NCBI GenBank assembly: GCA_965203805.1
Contig: OZ241917.1
Coordinates: forward strand, 4,832,001-4,896,000
DNA length: 64,000 bases
Direction: 5' to 3'
DNA from: Candidatus Latescibacterota bacterium
Lineage (GTDB): Bacteria > Latescibacterota > UBA2968 > GCA-2709665
The position numbers and the translations under genes were made by a program. Shown here piece by piece: positions 26,434 to 36,265 of this stretch; the stretch's first letter is position 1; the number at the start of each line of letters is the position of its first letter. A model generated the notes under the pieces. The model was not told where the DNA came from and ran no database searches. It saw only the letters and a list, made by a program, of their open reading frames with translations.

Positions 26434-26965
26434 ACTCTCGAATCGCCGCGTTTCAGAACAAGAACCAACTCCGCGCCTGAATTCCGTTTCGCCGGGGAGA
26501 ATTCCAATTTCGGTAACCAGCTGAACGTCGACGCGTTCAGGAGAATGTGCGATGTCGAGATCGAAGCTAATGGTAGTCGGATACGGCGGGATGGGCCGAA
26601 AATTCTCGAAAGTCTTCACCGAAACCTTCTCGATCTCGTGGACCACCTCCGAAACAACACACCGGCCACTTATTGGGAGAGCCAGGTCTGCAATCCGTTT
26701 ACCAGTCGGCTGCGACGCCGGTTGGTCGAGTCCATGGGGCAATACGCCGATCGGTTGGATCGGGGCGAGTTTCCGTTTGAGTCCGAGCTGTCCGGCAGGT
26801 CGAGTTGACTCGCGCTCTTGCGGATTGATAGAAATAGTTCGGCTGCGATCACATTACGGAGTTATCTTTAACTTACGACACGGAATCTGTTGAGCCGAGT
26901 GAGAGCCAACAGCGACAGGCGAAATACTACTGTAAAGTGATGAAAGTCAAATTTTCAGTTGTGAA

Positions 26966-26994
26966 TTGCCATGATGCCGGTTTCGAGGTAAATT
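26966..26994 (+). promoter_or_regulatory. sigma70-like promoter for the DUF433/DUF5615 pair
   Basis: TTGCCA-17 nt-TAAATT. Confidence 0.45.
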
Positions 26995-27099
26995 TGCCGA
27001 ACTCGCAGTCTTCGAAGGCGATGTGTAGTCCTGGCCAGATTTGCCAGGTGTGTCCCGCGTCGTAGCCGACCTGGACAAACTCCCAGTCTGGAGACATCA

Positions 27100-27318
27100 A
27101 TGGAATGCACTTACATCAGTCGCGATTCGGAAATCATGAGTGGGGCACTCTGTTTTACAGGGACTCGCGTACCGGTTCAGAATTTATTCGACTACCTTGC
27201 GGGGACCTCCTCGCTTGACGATTTCCTGGAGGACTTTCCCTCGGTTTCGCGCGAAGCCGCGGTAGCTGTACTCGAGGCCGCGAAAGCACACCTCTTTGCT
27301 GATGCGTCTACTGCTTGA
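27100..27318 (+). CDS. DUF433 antitoxin-like protein
   Basis: IMSGALCFTGTRVPV...FLEDFPSV. Confidence 0.92.
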   Translation: MECTYISRDSEIMSGALCFTGTRVPVQNLFDYLAGTSSLDDFLEDFPSVSREAAVAVLEAAKAHLFADASTA

Positions 27319-27622
27319 CGAATCCGTACCGCGGAACCTGCGGCGATTCCTACCCGATCATACAGTACGAACAGTGATTGAGATGCAGTGGGGTGGAATC
27401 ACGAACGGTGAGGTACTCCGACTTGCCGCGTCCGAATTTGATGCGTTTATCACCGTTGACAAGAATCTTCGGTACCAACAGAACCTATCCAACCTTCCCA
27501 TCGCGGTCGTAGTCCTGCACGCGCGCTCGAACGAGCTTCAGTTCCTGACGCCGCTCCTGCCTGAGTTGAAAGAAACCCTGTTTTCGCTGAAGCCACGCTG
27601 TCTCGTGCAAGTCGGGGCATAA
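27302..27622 (+). CDS. DUF5615 PIN-like toxin
   Basis: MRLLLDESVP, NGEVL, FITVDKNL.YQQNL; overlaps DUF433. Confidence 0.9.
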   Translation: MRLLLDESVPRNLRRFLPDHTVRTVIEMQWGGITNGEVLRLAASEFDAFITVDKNLRYQQNLSNLPIAVVVLHARSNELQFLTPLLPELKETLFSLKPRCLVQVGA

Positions 27623-27652
27623 CCAGCATCTTCAATTATCCCATTTGCGATA

Positions 27653-28141
27653 ATGAAAATAAGCCTCGCAGTCAAAACCCGGCGCGCCGTCAAGACGGAC
27701 GTCCCGGCGCTTATTGACCTGGCGCAGCGGTCCTGGCTTTCCGGCAACTGCGAACTCGCCCCGATCGACGCGGTACGGGACTGGATGGAAGCGGACCTCG
27801 AGACGAAGCGATATCCGGAGATATGGCCGAACGTCACGGTTGCGGAGCACCGGTCACGAATCCTGGGCCTCGCGTATGCCGACGGCCGGGAGGTCGCGGA
27901 ACTGTGGGTTCACCCTTCATTTCAGCGGCGGAGCATCGGGAGCAGGTTGTTGCAGGCCTGCGAGCAGGAAATACTCCGCGCGGGTTACGACACCTCGAGA
28001 CTGCAGTACTCGGAGTATAACGTGGCTGCTCCACACTTCTACCGTGCTCGCGGATACGTGGAGGTGAGCAGGTCGCGGGGCAGACTTCCATCCGGAGTGG
28101 AACGGGACATCATTGTCATGGAAAAAAGGCTGAACGCCTGA
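27653..28141 (+). CDS. GNAT N-acetyltransferase
   Basis: LWVHPSFQRRSIGSRLL, FYRARGY. Confidence 0.88.
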   Translation: MKISLAVKTRRAVKTDVPALIDLAQRSWLSGNCELAPIDAVRDWMEADLETKRYPEIWPNVTVAEHRSRILGLAYADGREVAELWVHPSFQRRSIGSRLLQACEQEILRAGYDTSRLQYSEYNVAAPHFYRARGYVEVSRSRGRLPSGVERDIIVMEKRLNA

Positions 28142-28305
28142 AAGACTCACGCGCCGTTCGCGGCAGATTCACCGGCGCTGCCTCCCGGATAACGCAGTGC
28201 GATTCAGCGTCCAGGATAAAGGACCCGACCTATGAAAGTCAAGGCGATCGACTTCGTGATTTCCCACGTGTCGGATCCTCCTCATGTTGTCGGCGGGCGC
28301 CCTGA

Positions 28306-29064
28306 TCATCCGTCTTCGTTCGATTTGTGTACAGCGACGAATTTGTCGATCTGGCGGAAGATTCTGTGCAGGGTGGCGACGTCGCGCCGGTCCATGGACA
28401 GGCGGCCGAAGAGGCGCCGGATGGACCTCGGGAAGGCCTTGGGCATGTAGTCGGCCGGAAAGCCGAGTTTGTCCAGGCCGGACGCGATGTGGGCGTAGAG
28501 GGACTCCATTTCTTCGAAGGACGGACGGTCCAGTTCCGGCTCTTCGCGGGGTTCCGCGGCCGCACGGAAGAGTTCATACCCGAAGATGAGCACGGCCTGG
28601 GAGAGGTTCAGCGAAGGATACCTGTGGGCCGTGGGAATATTGGCGACGATACTGCATAGCCGCATTTCATTGTTGGTGAGTCCGTTTTCCTCCCGCCCGA
28701 AGACAAGGGCGGCCTCATTGCCTCCGGGCAGGGAAACCAGTTTCTCCGCCGCGTGCCGGGGCCCGTACATGACGTCGAAGTGCTCCCGTTTCCTGTGGGT
28801 CGTGCCGACGGAGAGCACAGTGCCGGAGAGGGCTTCTTCGAGCGATTCGCAGACGGTGGCGCCATAGAGTACGTCGCCCGAGCCGTGCGCCATCTTTCGG
28901 GCGTCTCCGCACGTGTGGTCGGGCGGGTCAACGAGGTAGAGCCTCGAGAGTCCCATGTTCTTCATGGCGCGCGCCACCGAACCGACGTTGCCCGGCTCCT
29001 TGGCGCCAGCCAGAACAACGCGGATGCGGTCGAGCGCTTCCGGTGCGGTCGATTGTTGCCGCAT
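28306..29064 (-). CDS. trmJ: SpoU/TrmJ-family tRNA methyltransferase
   Basis: PGNVGSVARAMKNMG, LVFGREENGL, SLNLSQAV. Confidence 0.88.
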   Translation of the reverse strand: MRQQSTAPEALDRIRVVLAGAKEPGNVGSVARAMKNMGLSRLYLVDPPDHTCGDARKMAHGSGDVLYGATVCESLEEALSGTVLSVGTTHRKREHFDVMYGPRHAAEKLVSLPGGNEAALVFGREENGLTNNEMRLCSIVANIPTAHRYPSLNLSQAVLIFGYELFRAAAEPREEPELDRPSFEEMESLYAHIASGLDKLGFPADYMPKAFPRSIRRLFGRLSMDRRDVATLHRIFRQIDKFVAVHKSNEDG

Positions 29065-29168
29065 CTGTTGCTCCTTGTCTGATTGCATTACCGGCGCCCG
29101 TACTCTGAAGGCGCGCTCTGAAGACCGGTCCCCCGGGTCACCGTCGCAGCGTCGGGCCCGCCGGTCGA

Positions 29169-30383
29169 CTATTGACTCAACAGGCGTTTCCATCCCCTGG
29201 GAACGGCATTGGTTTCGAGCAGCATCAGCACCGCCTGCCGCTGCGCGGTCTCCAGGCTGTCGTCTCGGGCTTCCCAATAGGCGGCGCCGCGCCGGGTCGC
29301 GTCGGGGCGCATCGAAAAAGCCTCCCGGCTGAAGACGGAATCGTGAAGCGCGGGGTTCAGCGAATAGCCGCCAATGCGCGTCGTCTGTTCGGCCATGGCG
29401 CCTGTTCCGGTGGTAATGCGCACGGTTTGCAGGACCGGCAGCCAGTACCGGTCGTAGTACAGCGCGTTTTGCTGATAGGTGCGCAATTCTTCGACGCCGA
29501 GCGGTTTTCGTCCCCTCTTGTTCAGCCGCAGGTCGTAGCCCACCAGTGAGAAGTCGTCTGCGGAAATCCAGATCGCCCCTTCAAGTCCGGGGCGTTTCTT
29601 CTTTCTCGGCTCGACGCGAATCCTGTGCACCGCCACGTCACCCATCTGTACGGTTCCGGTCAGACGATAGCGGTAATTCTCCCGGGCGTCGGATGCCAGC
29701 GGAAGCGGACCCACGTCGAAATCGCGGCCATTGAGGCGGCCGCTGCGGATATTGACGATTACGCCGGGATGCATGCCGAACTGCTGCGCAGGCGCGTGAC
29801 GCGACCGGTACGCCGTAATGACCTGGACGATCTCTCCCGGATTCCGATAGTACCCCCGGCCGTCGTAATCGATTCGCGCGAGGATGTTCGAACCGCCGCT
29901 GCCGCCGCCAAACAGAGTCTGGGTGCCGCGTAATGCGAAGCGATGCGTTTGGAGATCCGCGTAGCGCGTGTGGAAGACGTTTTCGCGGGGTTCCCGGCCT
30001 ATTTTTTCGAGGAGCGCCTTGAGGGACGGTCGCGGAAGGTCAACGTGTGACTTGAGGGTAATGGGAGACGGGGAGAGCAGGACGTCCAGCTGGGTCTCCG
30101 GAGTCGCGGCCGAGTCAATTTCCCGCAGTGAGGTCCGATAGCCCACCAGGGAGACCCGGAGACGGATCGGGCCCGCGGGCAGGTCGGAGACCGCGAATCG
30201 GCCATGGAGGTCCGTATGGTCTCCCCGCCTGAGTTCCGGCAGGACAACCGTGGCGTAGGGAAGCGGCGCGCGCGTGGCACTGTCTCTCACGGTGCCGATC
30301 AGGGTGGCCGTATGCGAGGACGCCTGAAGGATGTGCAACGCGACAAAGCCGGCGATGACGTTAGAAAAATGCCGTACGGACAT
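29169..30383 (-). CDS. Exported protein with a carboxypeptidase-regulatory-like N-domain and a DUF5686-like domain
   Basis: Signal peptide; GTVRDSATRAPLPYATV...TDLHGRF...SLVGY; PLASDA..YRY..G, GAIWI...DF, YWLP. Confidence 0.7.
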   Translation of the reverse strand: MSVRHFSNVIAGFVALHILQASSHTATLIGTVRDSATRAPLPYATVVLPELRRGDHTDLHGRFAVSDLPAGPIRLRVSLVGYRTSLREIDSAATPETQLDVLLSPSPITLKSHVDLPRPSLKALLEKIGREPRENVFHTRYADLQTHRFALRGTQTLFGGGSGGSNILARIDYDGRGYYRNPGEIVQVITAYRSRHAPAQQFGMHPGVIVNIRSGRLNGRDFDVGPLPLASDARENYRYRLTGTVQMGDVAVHRIRVEPRKKKRPGLEGAIWISADDFSLVGYDLRLNKRGRKPLGVEELRTYQQNALYYDRYWLPVLQTVRITTGTGAMAEQTTRIGGYSLNPALHDSVFSREAFSMRPDATRRGAAYWEARDDSLETAQRQAVLMLLETNAVPRGWKRLLSQ

Positions 30384-31524
30384 CAGCCAGTGCCTGAATG
30401 AGACGGTTGATTTCTTCCTCTCCGTGGTCGGCCATGAGCGTGAGGCGAAGTCGGCTCTCGCCCTCCGGCACTGTCGGAGGCCGGATGCCGCTGAGATAGA
30501 TCCCTTCCTCGAAGAGATGGTCCGAAATTGCCATCGTGCGCTTCGCGTCGCCGATTAGAACGGGAATGATCTGGGATTCGGAGCCCATGAGATCGAAGTC
30601 GAGGTCGCGCAAGGCGCCCTGAACGGTTCGGACGTTTCGCCAGAGGTCGTCTCGCAGGTCCGGCCGTGATTCGACGAGTCCCAAAGCGGCTGAGGCGGCG
30701 GCGCAGGCGTCGGGTGGCGGGGCCGAAGTGTAGATGAAGGCCGGCGCCCGATTGATCAGCAGGTCGATGAGTTCCGCGTTTCCGGCGACGAATCCGCCAC
30801 AGGCGCCGAGGGCCTTGCTGCCGGAGGTCGTCAGAACGTCGATACCCTGTGTGATGCCGAAATGGTCGTGTATTCCGCGGCCGGAAGCGCCCAGGACGCC
30901 GGTTCCATGGGCGTCGTCAACCATGAGGATGGCCTTGTGCCGGTTCGCTGCGTCCACCAGTTCGGGGAGCGGGGCAAGGTCGCCGTCCATGCTGAACAGC
31001 CCGTCGGTGACGATCAGCCGGCGCCGGTAATCGATCCGCGACCGGAGAAGCTTGTCCAAATGGTCGACGTCCCGGTGGCGATAGACGAAGGTTTCTGCGC
31101 GGGAGAGCCGGCAGGCGTCGATGATGCTTCGATGGTTCAGGCGGTCGCTGAAAACCGCATCTTCCTCGCCTGCAAGCGCGCTAACCGCTCCCAGGTTCGC
31201 CATATAGCCGGTGGGAAAGCAGAGGGCCGATTCGGTTCCCAGGAATCGGGCCACCCTGTCTTCCAGCGTCCGATGCGGTTCCATATTTCCTGAAATCAGG
31301 CGGGAGGCCGCCGCGCTCAGCCCGTACGTGCGCAGGGCAGCGTCCGCGTCTTCCTTAAGTGCAGGGTGATTTGCAAGCCCGAGATAGTTATTGGAACAGA
31401 AGAGGAGACGTTCCTTGCCGTCGATGCGGACCCTGGGACCCTGCGCTCCTTCCACCAGATGAAGGCTGCGGTACAGTCCGCGTGATTTCAGGTTGTTCAA
31501 CTCTGTGTCGAGATGAGGAAGCAC
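30361..31524 (-). CDS. bioF: 8-amino-7-oxononanoate synthase (alpha-oxoamine synthase family)
   Basis: SNNYLGL, SRLISG, GYMAN, FSMDGD, DDAHG, SKALG, IRPPTVP. Confidence 0.85.
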   Translation of the reverse strand: MLPHLDTELNNLKSRGLYRSLHLVEGAQGPRVRIDGKERLLFCSNNYLGLANHPALKEDADAALRTYGLSAAASRLISGNMEPHRTLEDRVARFLGTESALCFPTGYMANLGAVSALAGEEDAVFSDRLNHRSIIDACRLSRAETFVYRHRDVDHLDKLLRSRIDYRRRLIVTDGLFSMDGDLAPLPELVDAANRHKAILMVDDAHGTGVLGASGRGIHDHFGITQGIDVLTTSGSKALGACGGFVAGNAELIDLLINRAPAFIYTSAPPPDACAAASAALGLVESRPDLRDDLWRNVRTVQGALRDLDFDLMGSESQIIPVLIGDAKRTMAISDHLFEEGIYLSGIRPPTVPEGESRLRLTLMADHGEEEINRLIQALADVRTAFF

Positions 31525-31628
31525 TGGACGGGCACCGGTACGCGAGGCAGTTCAGGGACACGAAACTCGGACGGAAATTATGGAAATCCCCCGGGAATGT
31601 CAAGCAGGTGGCGGAGAATGGTACGGGT

Positions 31629-31656
31629 TTGACAAAAGGGTTCGTTCGCTTATATT
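31629..31656 (+). promoter_or_regulatory. sigma70-like promoter of lnt-tatC
   Basis: TTGACA-16 nt-TATATT. Confidence 0.6.
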
Positions 31657-31670
31657 CTTAGCGGGTTTTC

Positions 31671-31779
31671 GTGGCAGGGTTCAACCGGACCGGTTGGCGG
31701 GACTCGCTGCTTGCGGCCAACCGGTTTTTCCGTCCCGTAACATGACAACCCTGCCGCCCGGGAAGCGGCGCAAGGGTTT
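31671..31779 (+). promoter_or_regulatory. Structured 5' leader with mutually exclusive stems
   Basis: 31671-31681 pairs with 31747-31757; inner 10-bp stem 31689-31698/31716-31725 followed by Ts; 31747-31757 can instead pair with 31765-31779 next to the GGAGG RBS. Confidence 0.45.
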
Positions 31780-31794
31780 GGAGGAACCGGAATC

Positions 31795-34116
31795 ATGGCG
31801 GAGGCACGGCAGGGCGCAGACTGGAAATGGATGGCGCTGTTTCCCGCGGTTTCGGGCCTTATCCTCGGCGCGGCATTTCCGCCTCTGCCTCTGGGTTTTC
31901 TGTCTTATGTCGCGCTGATCCCGCTGCTGCTTGCGGCGGAGCAGGTGCGCGGCAGGGCGGCTTTCGCCGCAGGGTTCGTTCAGGGGATCTTCTTTTACGG
32001 TGTCACGCTATACTGGATCGGTTCGATCACGCCGCCCGGCATGGCCGGCGCGGTTTTTTATATGTCCCTGTTTCGCGGCCTGTTCACGTGGGGGTTCGCC
32101 AGAGTCGTCGCGCGATATGGCGGCGCGGGGTTGTGGAGCGCGCCGTTCCTCTGGGTGGGGTTGGAATATTTCAACTCTGTGGGCGATATGGGGTTTCCAT
32201 GGGTCGTGCTGGGAAATTCCCAGACGGCCTGGCTGTGGCTGATCCAGTATGCCGAAGTGACGGGAGTGTACGGGGTTTCGTTCTGGATTGTGGTGGTCAA
32301 CCTGAGCGTGCTGATGCTCTGGAGGCACCGGGCGCGGCGCAGGATTTGGGTTGCGGTTCTGGCGGCCCTTTTTGCGGGACCGGCGGCAAACGGGTATCTG
32401 GCTCTGAAGAACGTTCCGGATGAACAACCCGTGACCGTCGGCCTGGTCCAGCCGGATATGCCGCCTGTGGCCAAGGAATACCGGGGATTCGATTACAATT
32501 TCGGCAAGCTGAAGCCGATGACCGTCGAGGCCGCGCAGCAGGGGGCAGGGCTCGTCGTGTGGCCCGAGACAGCCGTGGGCTATCTGAAAGGGGAATTGTA
32601 CCGGCGCCATCGCGAGCGGGTGCAGGCAATGGTGGACTCGCTCGGCATTCATCTGTTTACCGGCGCATACAGACTGGAAGCCGGCGACCCTGTAAAGGTC
32701 TTCAACTCCTCGTTTCTGTTCGCGCCGCGAAGCGGGATCATCGGACACTACGACAAGACACGCCTCGTGCCGCTCGGTGAACGAGCGCCGTTCCCGGAAT
32801 TGCTTCCGTTTCTGAGAAAGATCAGGTTCACGGGCGGCGGGTTCGTGGGGGGCAACTGGGATTCCGGAGAGACCCGGACGGTCTTCGACGTTTCCGAAGC
32901 CCGTTTCTCCGCGCTGATCTGTTACGATTCGGTCTTTCCCGGATTCGTGCGGGCTTTTGCGGACCTGGGGGCCGAGTTTCTGGTGATCATTACCAATGAC
33001 GGCTGGTTCGGCCGGACTTCCGGACCCTTTCAGCACGCCGAGGCGGCTGTGTTTCGCGCCATCGAGAACCGGCGTGACGTGGTACGCTGCGCGAATACGG
33101 GCGTTTCCACGTTCATCGACGCCTACGGACGGAAATCGGGAACGACCGGGATTTTCCATCCGGCGGTAGTGACGCAGGGAGTGACGCCTCGAACCACAAA
33201 GACGTTCTATACGAGATACGGAGACCTGTTCGCCCGGCTTTGCCTGGTACTGGGCGTGATCATGGGGTTGATGTCCTTTCGAGGTCGAACAACGGATGCA
33301 TCCCATTCCATACTGCCACCGGGCTCCGAAACGCCCGCCGGACGCCCGCCCGAACCGGCTTCGGGCGGCGACGACAGGGCGATGCCCTTTCTGGATCATC
33401 TGGAGGAACTGCGATGGCGTCTGTTAAAGGGGCTGGCGGCCCTCACGGTCGGCGCCGTGATCTGCGGGGTATTCTCGGACAATATCCTCGGGTGGCTCGT
33501 GCTGCCTGTCCGGGAGGCGACACCCGTCATGAAGCTGTTGGGCGTGGCGCCCGTCGAGCCGCCGGTCAAGCTGATCTATTTGAAACCGATGGGGATGTTT
33601 CTCGTTAAACTACAAATCGCCCTTGTCGGCGGCGCGATCCTGGCGTTGCCGGTTCTCCTGTATCAACTGTGGATTTTCGTCGCGCCGGGTCTGTTGACAA
33701 CAGAGCGGCGGTACGTATCTTTTATTGTCTTCTCATCGTCAATCTGTTTTGTCCTCGGTGGCGCCATCGCTTACGTGAGCGTGGTGCCGCTGTCGTTTCG
33801 TTTCCTTATTCTGATCGGCGAAGGGACCGGGGTCGACCCCCAGTTCGATATCGGCTTCTACATTGGTTTCGTGCTGAGGCTGCTGGTTGCGTTCGGGGTT
33901 GTCTTCGAGCTTCCGGTAGCGGCGTTCTTCCTGAGTCGGATCGGTCTGCTGACCGCGGACCGGATGCGTTGGGGAAGGAGATACGCGGTTGTGATCGGCT
34001 TTGTGCTGGCCGCGCTGCTGACGCCGCCGGACCCGATCTCCCAGCTGATGATGGCGCTCCCGCTGGTACTGCTCTACGAATTCAGCATCTGGGTGGCGCG
34101 TGTTGCCGGCAGATGA
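31795..34116 (+). CDS. lnt-tatC: Apolipoprotein N-acyltransferase (Lnt) fused in frame to twin-arginine translocase TatC
   Basis: Lnt motifs GFPW, WPETA, YDKTRLVPLGE, LICYDS, TNDGWF, RAIEN, ANTGVS; Pro-rich linker; TatC motifs MPFLDHLEELRWRL, FVAPGL..TE, FELP, LTPPDPISQ, LYE; no stop in 773 codons. Confidence 0.9.
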   Translation: MAEARQGADWKWMALFPAVSGLILGAAFPPLPLGFLSYVALIPLLLAAEQVRGRAAFAAGFVQGIFFYGVTLYWIGSITPPGMAGAVFYMSLFRGLFTWGFARVVARYGGAGLWSAPFLWVGLEYFNSVGDMGFPWVVLGNSQTAWLWLIQYAEVTGVYGVSFWIVVVNLSVLMLWRHRARRRIWVAVLAALFAGPAANGYLALKNVPDEQPVTVGLVQPDMPPVAKEYRGFDYNFGKLKPMTVEAAQQGAGLVVWPETAVGYLKGELYRRHRERVQAMVDSLGIHLFTGAYRLEAGDPVKVFNSSFLFAPRSGIIGHYDKTRLVPLGERAPFPELLPFLRKIRFTGGGFVGGNWDSGETRTVFDVSEARFSALICYDSVFPGFVRAFADLGAEFLVIITNDGWFGRTSGPFQHAEAAVFRAIENRRDVVRCANTGVSTFIDAYGRKSGTTGIFHPAVVTQGVTPRTTKTFYTRYGDLFARLCLVLGVIMGLMSFRGRTTDASHSILPPGSETPAGRPPEPASGGDDRAMPFLDHLEELRWRLLKGLAALTVGAVICGVFSDNILGWLVLPVREATPVMKLLGVAPVEPPVKLIYLKPMGMFLVKLQIALVGGAILALPVLLYQLWIFVAPGLLTTERRYVSFIVFSSSICFVLGGAIAYVSVVPLSFRFLILIGEGTGVDPQFDIGFYIGFVLRLLVAFGVVFELPVAAFFLSRIGLLTADRMRWGRRYAVVIGFVLAALLTPPDPISQLMMALPLVLLYEFSIWVARVAGR

Positions 34117-34204
34117 GCCGGGGTTGCGATGCAGGCGTTCCTTTACACGCCGGCGCCGGATCGGCGTCCGCAAGGCAATGTAGACTAACAAGGACTTGTT
34201 TTTA

Positions 34205-35182
34205 ATGAATATACTGGTTGCAGCCGTTGTTCTGGCAATCTGTTTCGCGGTGCTTGCAAAATGTGCTTCGTGGTTTGTGGACGGAGCGGTGGGGATTGCC
34301 GAAGTTCTGAACGTGCCCAAGATGCTGATCGGCATCGTGCTCGTGAGCCTTGCGACAACCTCACCGGAGCTTGCCGTGTCGGTGCTGGCCGCATTCGAAG
34401 GGCACCCGGAGATGGCGCTGGGCAACGCCATCGGGTCGGTAATCGTGGACGACGGCGTGGCGCTCGCGCTGGGCGTTCTCGTTGCAGGCACGCCGATTCT
34501 CATCAATCCGTACCTGCTGCGGACAACGGGAATCTTTCTGATTGTGGTGGATCTGGCCGCCTACGCGATGGCGTTCGACGGAACGCTGGACCGGATCGAG
34601 GGCGGCGTACTGCTCGTCCTGTTCGTGGCCTACACGGTCTTTACGTACGTTACACGACGGCGTTCAGCATCGGCCGAGGGGAATCGGATCGAGGAACTGA
34701 AGGAGATCGAGGAATCCATAGAAGGTCGGGGACCGGGCATGCTGACGCTCTGGTTCTGCGTGGGCCTTGTCGGGGTATTGATTTCCAGCCACTTTATCGT
34801 GGAATCCGCCGTGGTCATCGCCAAGGCATTGGCCGTCAGCGAAGCGGTGATCGCGCTTACGGTCATCGCCATCGGCACGTCGTTGCCTGAGATCGCGACA
34901 GGCGTGACGGCCGCCCGCAGAGGGCACGGTGAGATTGTCGTCGGCAATATCCTTGGCGCGGACATCCTGAATATCTGCTGGATCGCCGGCGCTTCCGCGG
35001 TTGTCAATCCGCTCGTGGTGACGCCCAAAGTGATCCATTTTTCGTTTCCCGCCATGCTGGTAATCGTATTTGCGATGCTCTTCCTGATGCGCACCGGCTA
35101 CCGGCTGACACGCATCGAAGGGTTCGTACTGCTGGCGGTTTACGGGATATATCTGGGCTTGACGGGAATCATGTTTTTTTAG
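34205..35182 (+). CDS. Ca2+/Na+ (CaCA, YrbG-like) antiporter
   Basis: alpha repeats ATTSPE...GNAIGS and GTSLPE...GNILGAD. Confidence 0.92.
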   Translation: MNILVAAVVLAICFAVLAKCASWFVDGAVGIAEVLNVPKMLIGIVLVSLATTSPELAVSVLAAFEGHPEMALGNAIGSVIVDDGVALALGVLVAGTPILINPYLLRTTGIFLIVVDLAAYAMAFDGTLDRIEGGVLLVLFVAYTVFTYVTRRRSASAEGNRIEELKEIEESIEGRGPGMLTLWFCVGLVGVLISSHFIVESAVVIAKALAVSEAVIALTVIAIGTSLPEIATGVTAARRGHGEIVVGNILGADILNICWIAGASAVVNPLVVTPKVIHFSFPAMLVIVFAMLFLMRTGYRLTRIEGFVLLAVYGIYLGLTGIMFF

Positions 35183-35191
35183 GGGACCATT

Positions 35192-36226
35192 ATGGGCGGG
35201 ATATTCGTGACCGGAGGCGCGGGCTTCATCGGGTCGAACTTTGTCCGGTACTGGCTGTCCAGATATCCGGATGACAGCGTCGTTAATTACGATCTGCTCA
35301 CGTATGCCGGGAATCCGGACAACCTGGCCGACGTGACGGAGACATATCCCGGAAGGTACGAATTCGTGCAGGGCGATATCGGCAATTATGAGCTGACCCG
35401 GGATCTTCTGGAACGGCACCGGCCGGACTGTGTCGTCAACTTCGCCGCCGAGTCGCACAACAGCCGCGCCGTTGTGAATCCCGACGTTTTCTTCGAGACC
35501 AACGTGCTGGGAACGCAGCGACTGTTGCAGGCCGCACACGACGCCGGCGTGCCCAGGGTTCACCATATTTCCACCTGTGAGGTCTACGGAGACCTGCCGC
35601 TCGATTCGGACGAGAGCTTTTCGGAAACCGACCCGTATCAGCCGCGAACGCCTTACAACGCCTCCAAAGCGGCCGCCGACCTGGCGGTCCGGGCGTACCA
35701 TCTGACGTTCGGTCTGCCCGTTACGATCTCCAACTGCGCGAACAACTACGGGCCCCGCCAGTTCCCGGAAAAGGTGGTCCCTCTGTTTGTCACCCAGCTC
35801 CTCAACGGGAAGAAGATGACGCTCTACAGGAGCAGCCGGAACAAACGGGAGTGGCTCCACGTGGACGACCACTGCCGGGCGATCGACCTGATCCTGAAGC
35901 AGGGGAAGATCGGGGAGACGTACAATGTCGGCAGCGGCGTTGAAGTGGACGTCGAGACGATTGCAGACACCATTCTGGACGTGCTCGGGCTGGACGGATC
36001 GTACAAGGTTTACGTCCCGGACCGACCGGGACACGACCGCAGATACCTTCTGGATTCGAGCAGGCTGCGTACCCAGCTCGGGTGGCGTCCGCGGATTTCC
36101 TTCGATCGCGGGTTCAGGGAAACCGTACTGTGGTATACCGACAATCGCGCCTGGTGGGAACCGCTCCTGAAACGTCTCGACGTGGACGAGGAAGCCTGGA
36201 CGCAGGCGCCGTCACGGCGGTCCTGA
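35192..36226 (+). CDS. rfbB: dTDP-glucose 4,6-dehydratase
   Basis: TGGAGFIGSNF, LTYAGN, FAAESH, PYNASK, DRPGHDRRY. Confidence 0.95.
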   Translation: MGGIFVTGGAGFIGSNFVRYWLSRYPDDSVVNYDLLTYAGNPDNLADVTETYPGRYEFVQGDIGNYELTRDLLERHRPDCVVNFAAESHNSRAVVNPDVFFETNVLGTQRLLQAAHDAGVPRVHHISTCEVYGDLPLDSDESFSETDPYQPRTPYNASKAAADLAVRAYHLTFGLPVTISNCANNYGPRQFPEKVVPLFVTQLLNGKKMTLYRSSRNKREWLHVDDHCRAIDLILKQGKIGETYNVGSGVEVDVETIADTILDVLGLDGSYKVYVPDRPGHDRRYLLDSSRLRTQLGWRPRISFDRGFRETVLWYTDNRAWWEPLLKRLDVDEEAWTQAPSRRS

Positions 36227-36265
36227 CCCGCGGGAATCGTTCACGTTTCCTGGAAAGGACACTGG

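Noticed and set aside
26434-26808. ORF in frame directly after the Nif3 stop (read-through or separate gene)
   Set aside because: Nif3 ends at a normal length. The ORF has no recognisable family or clear start, so it is probably a 3' gene remnant.
19874-28280. Integron cassette array
   Set aside because: No intI, and no repeated RYYYAAC...GTTRRRY attC structures that I could identify by eye.
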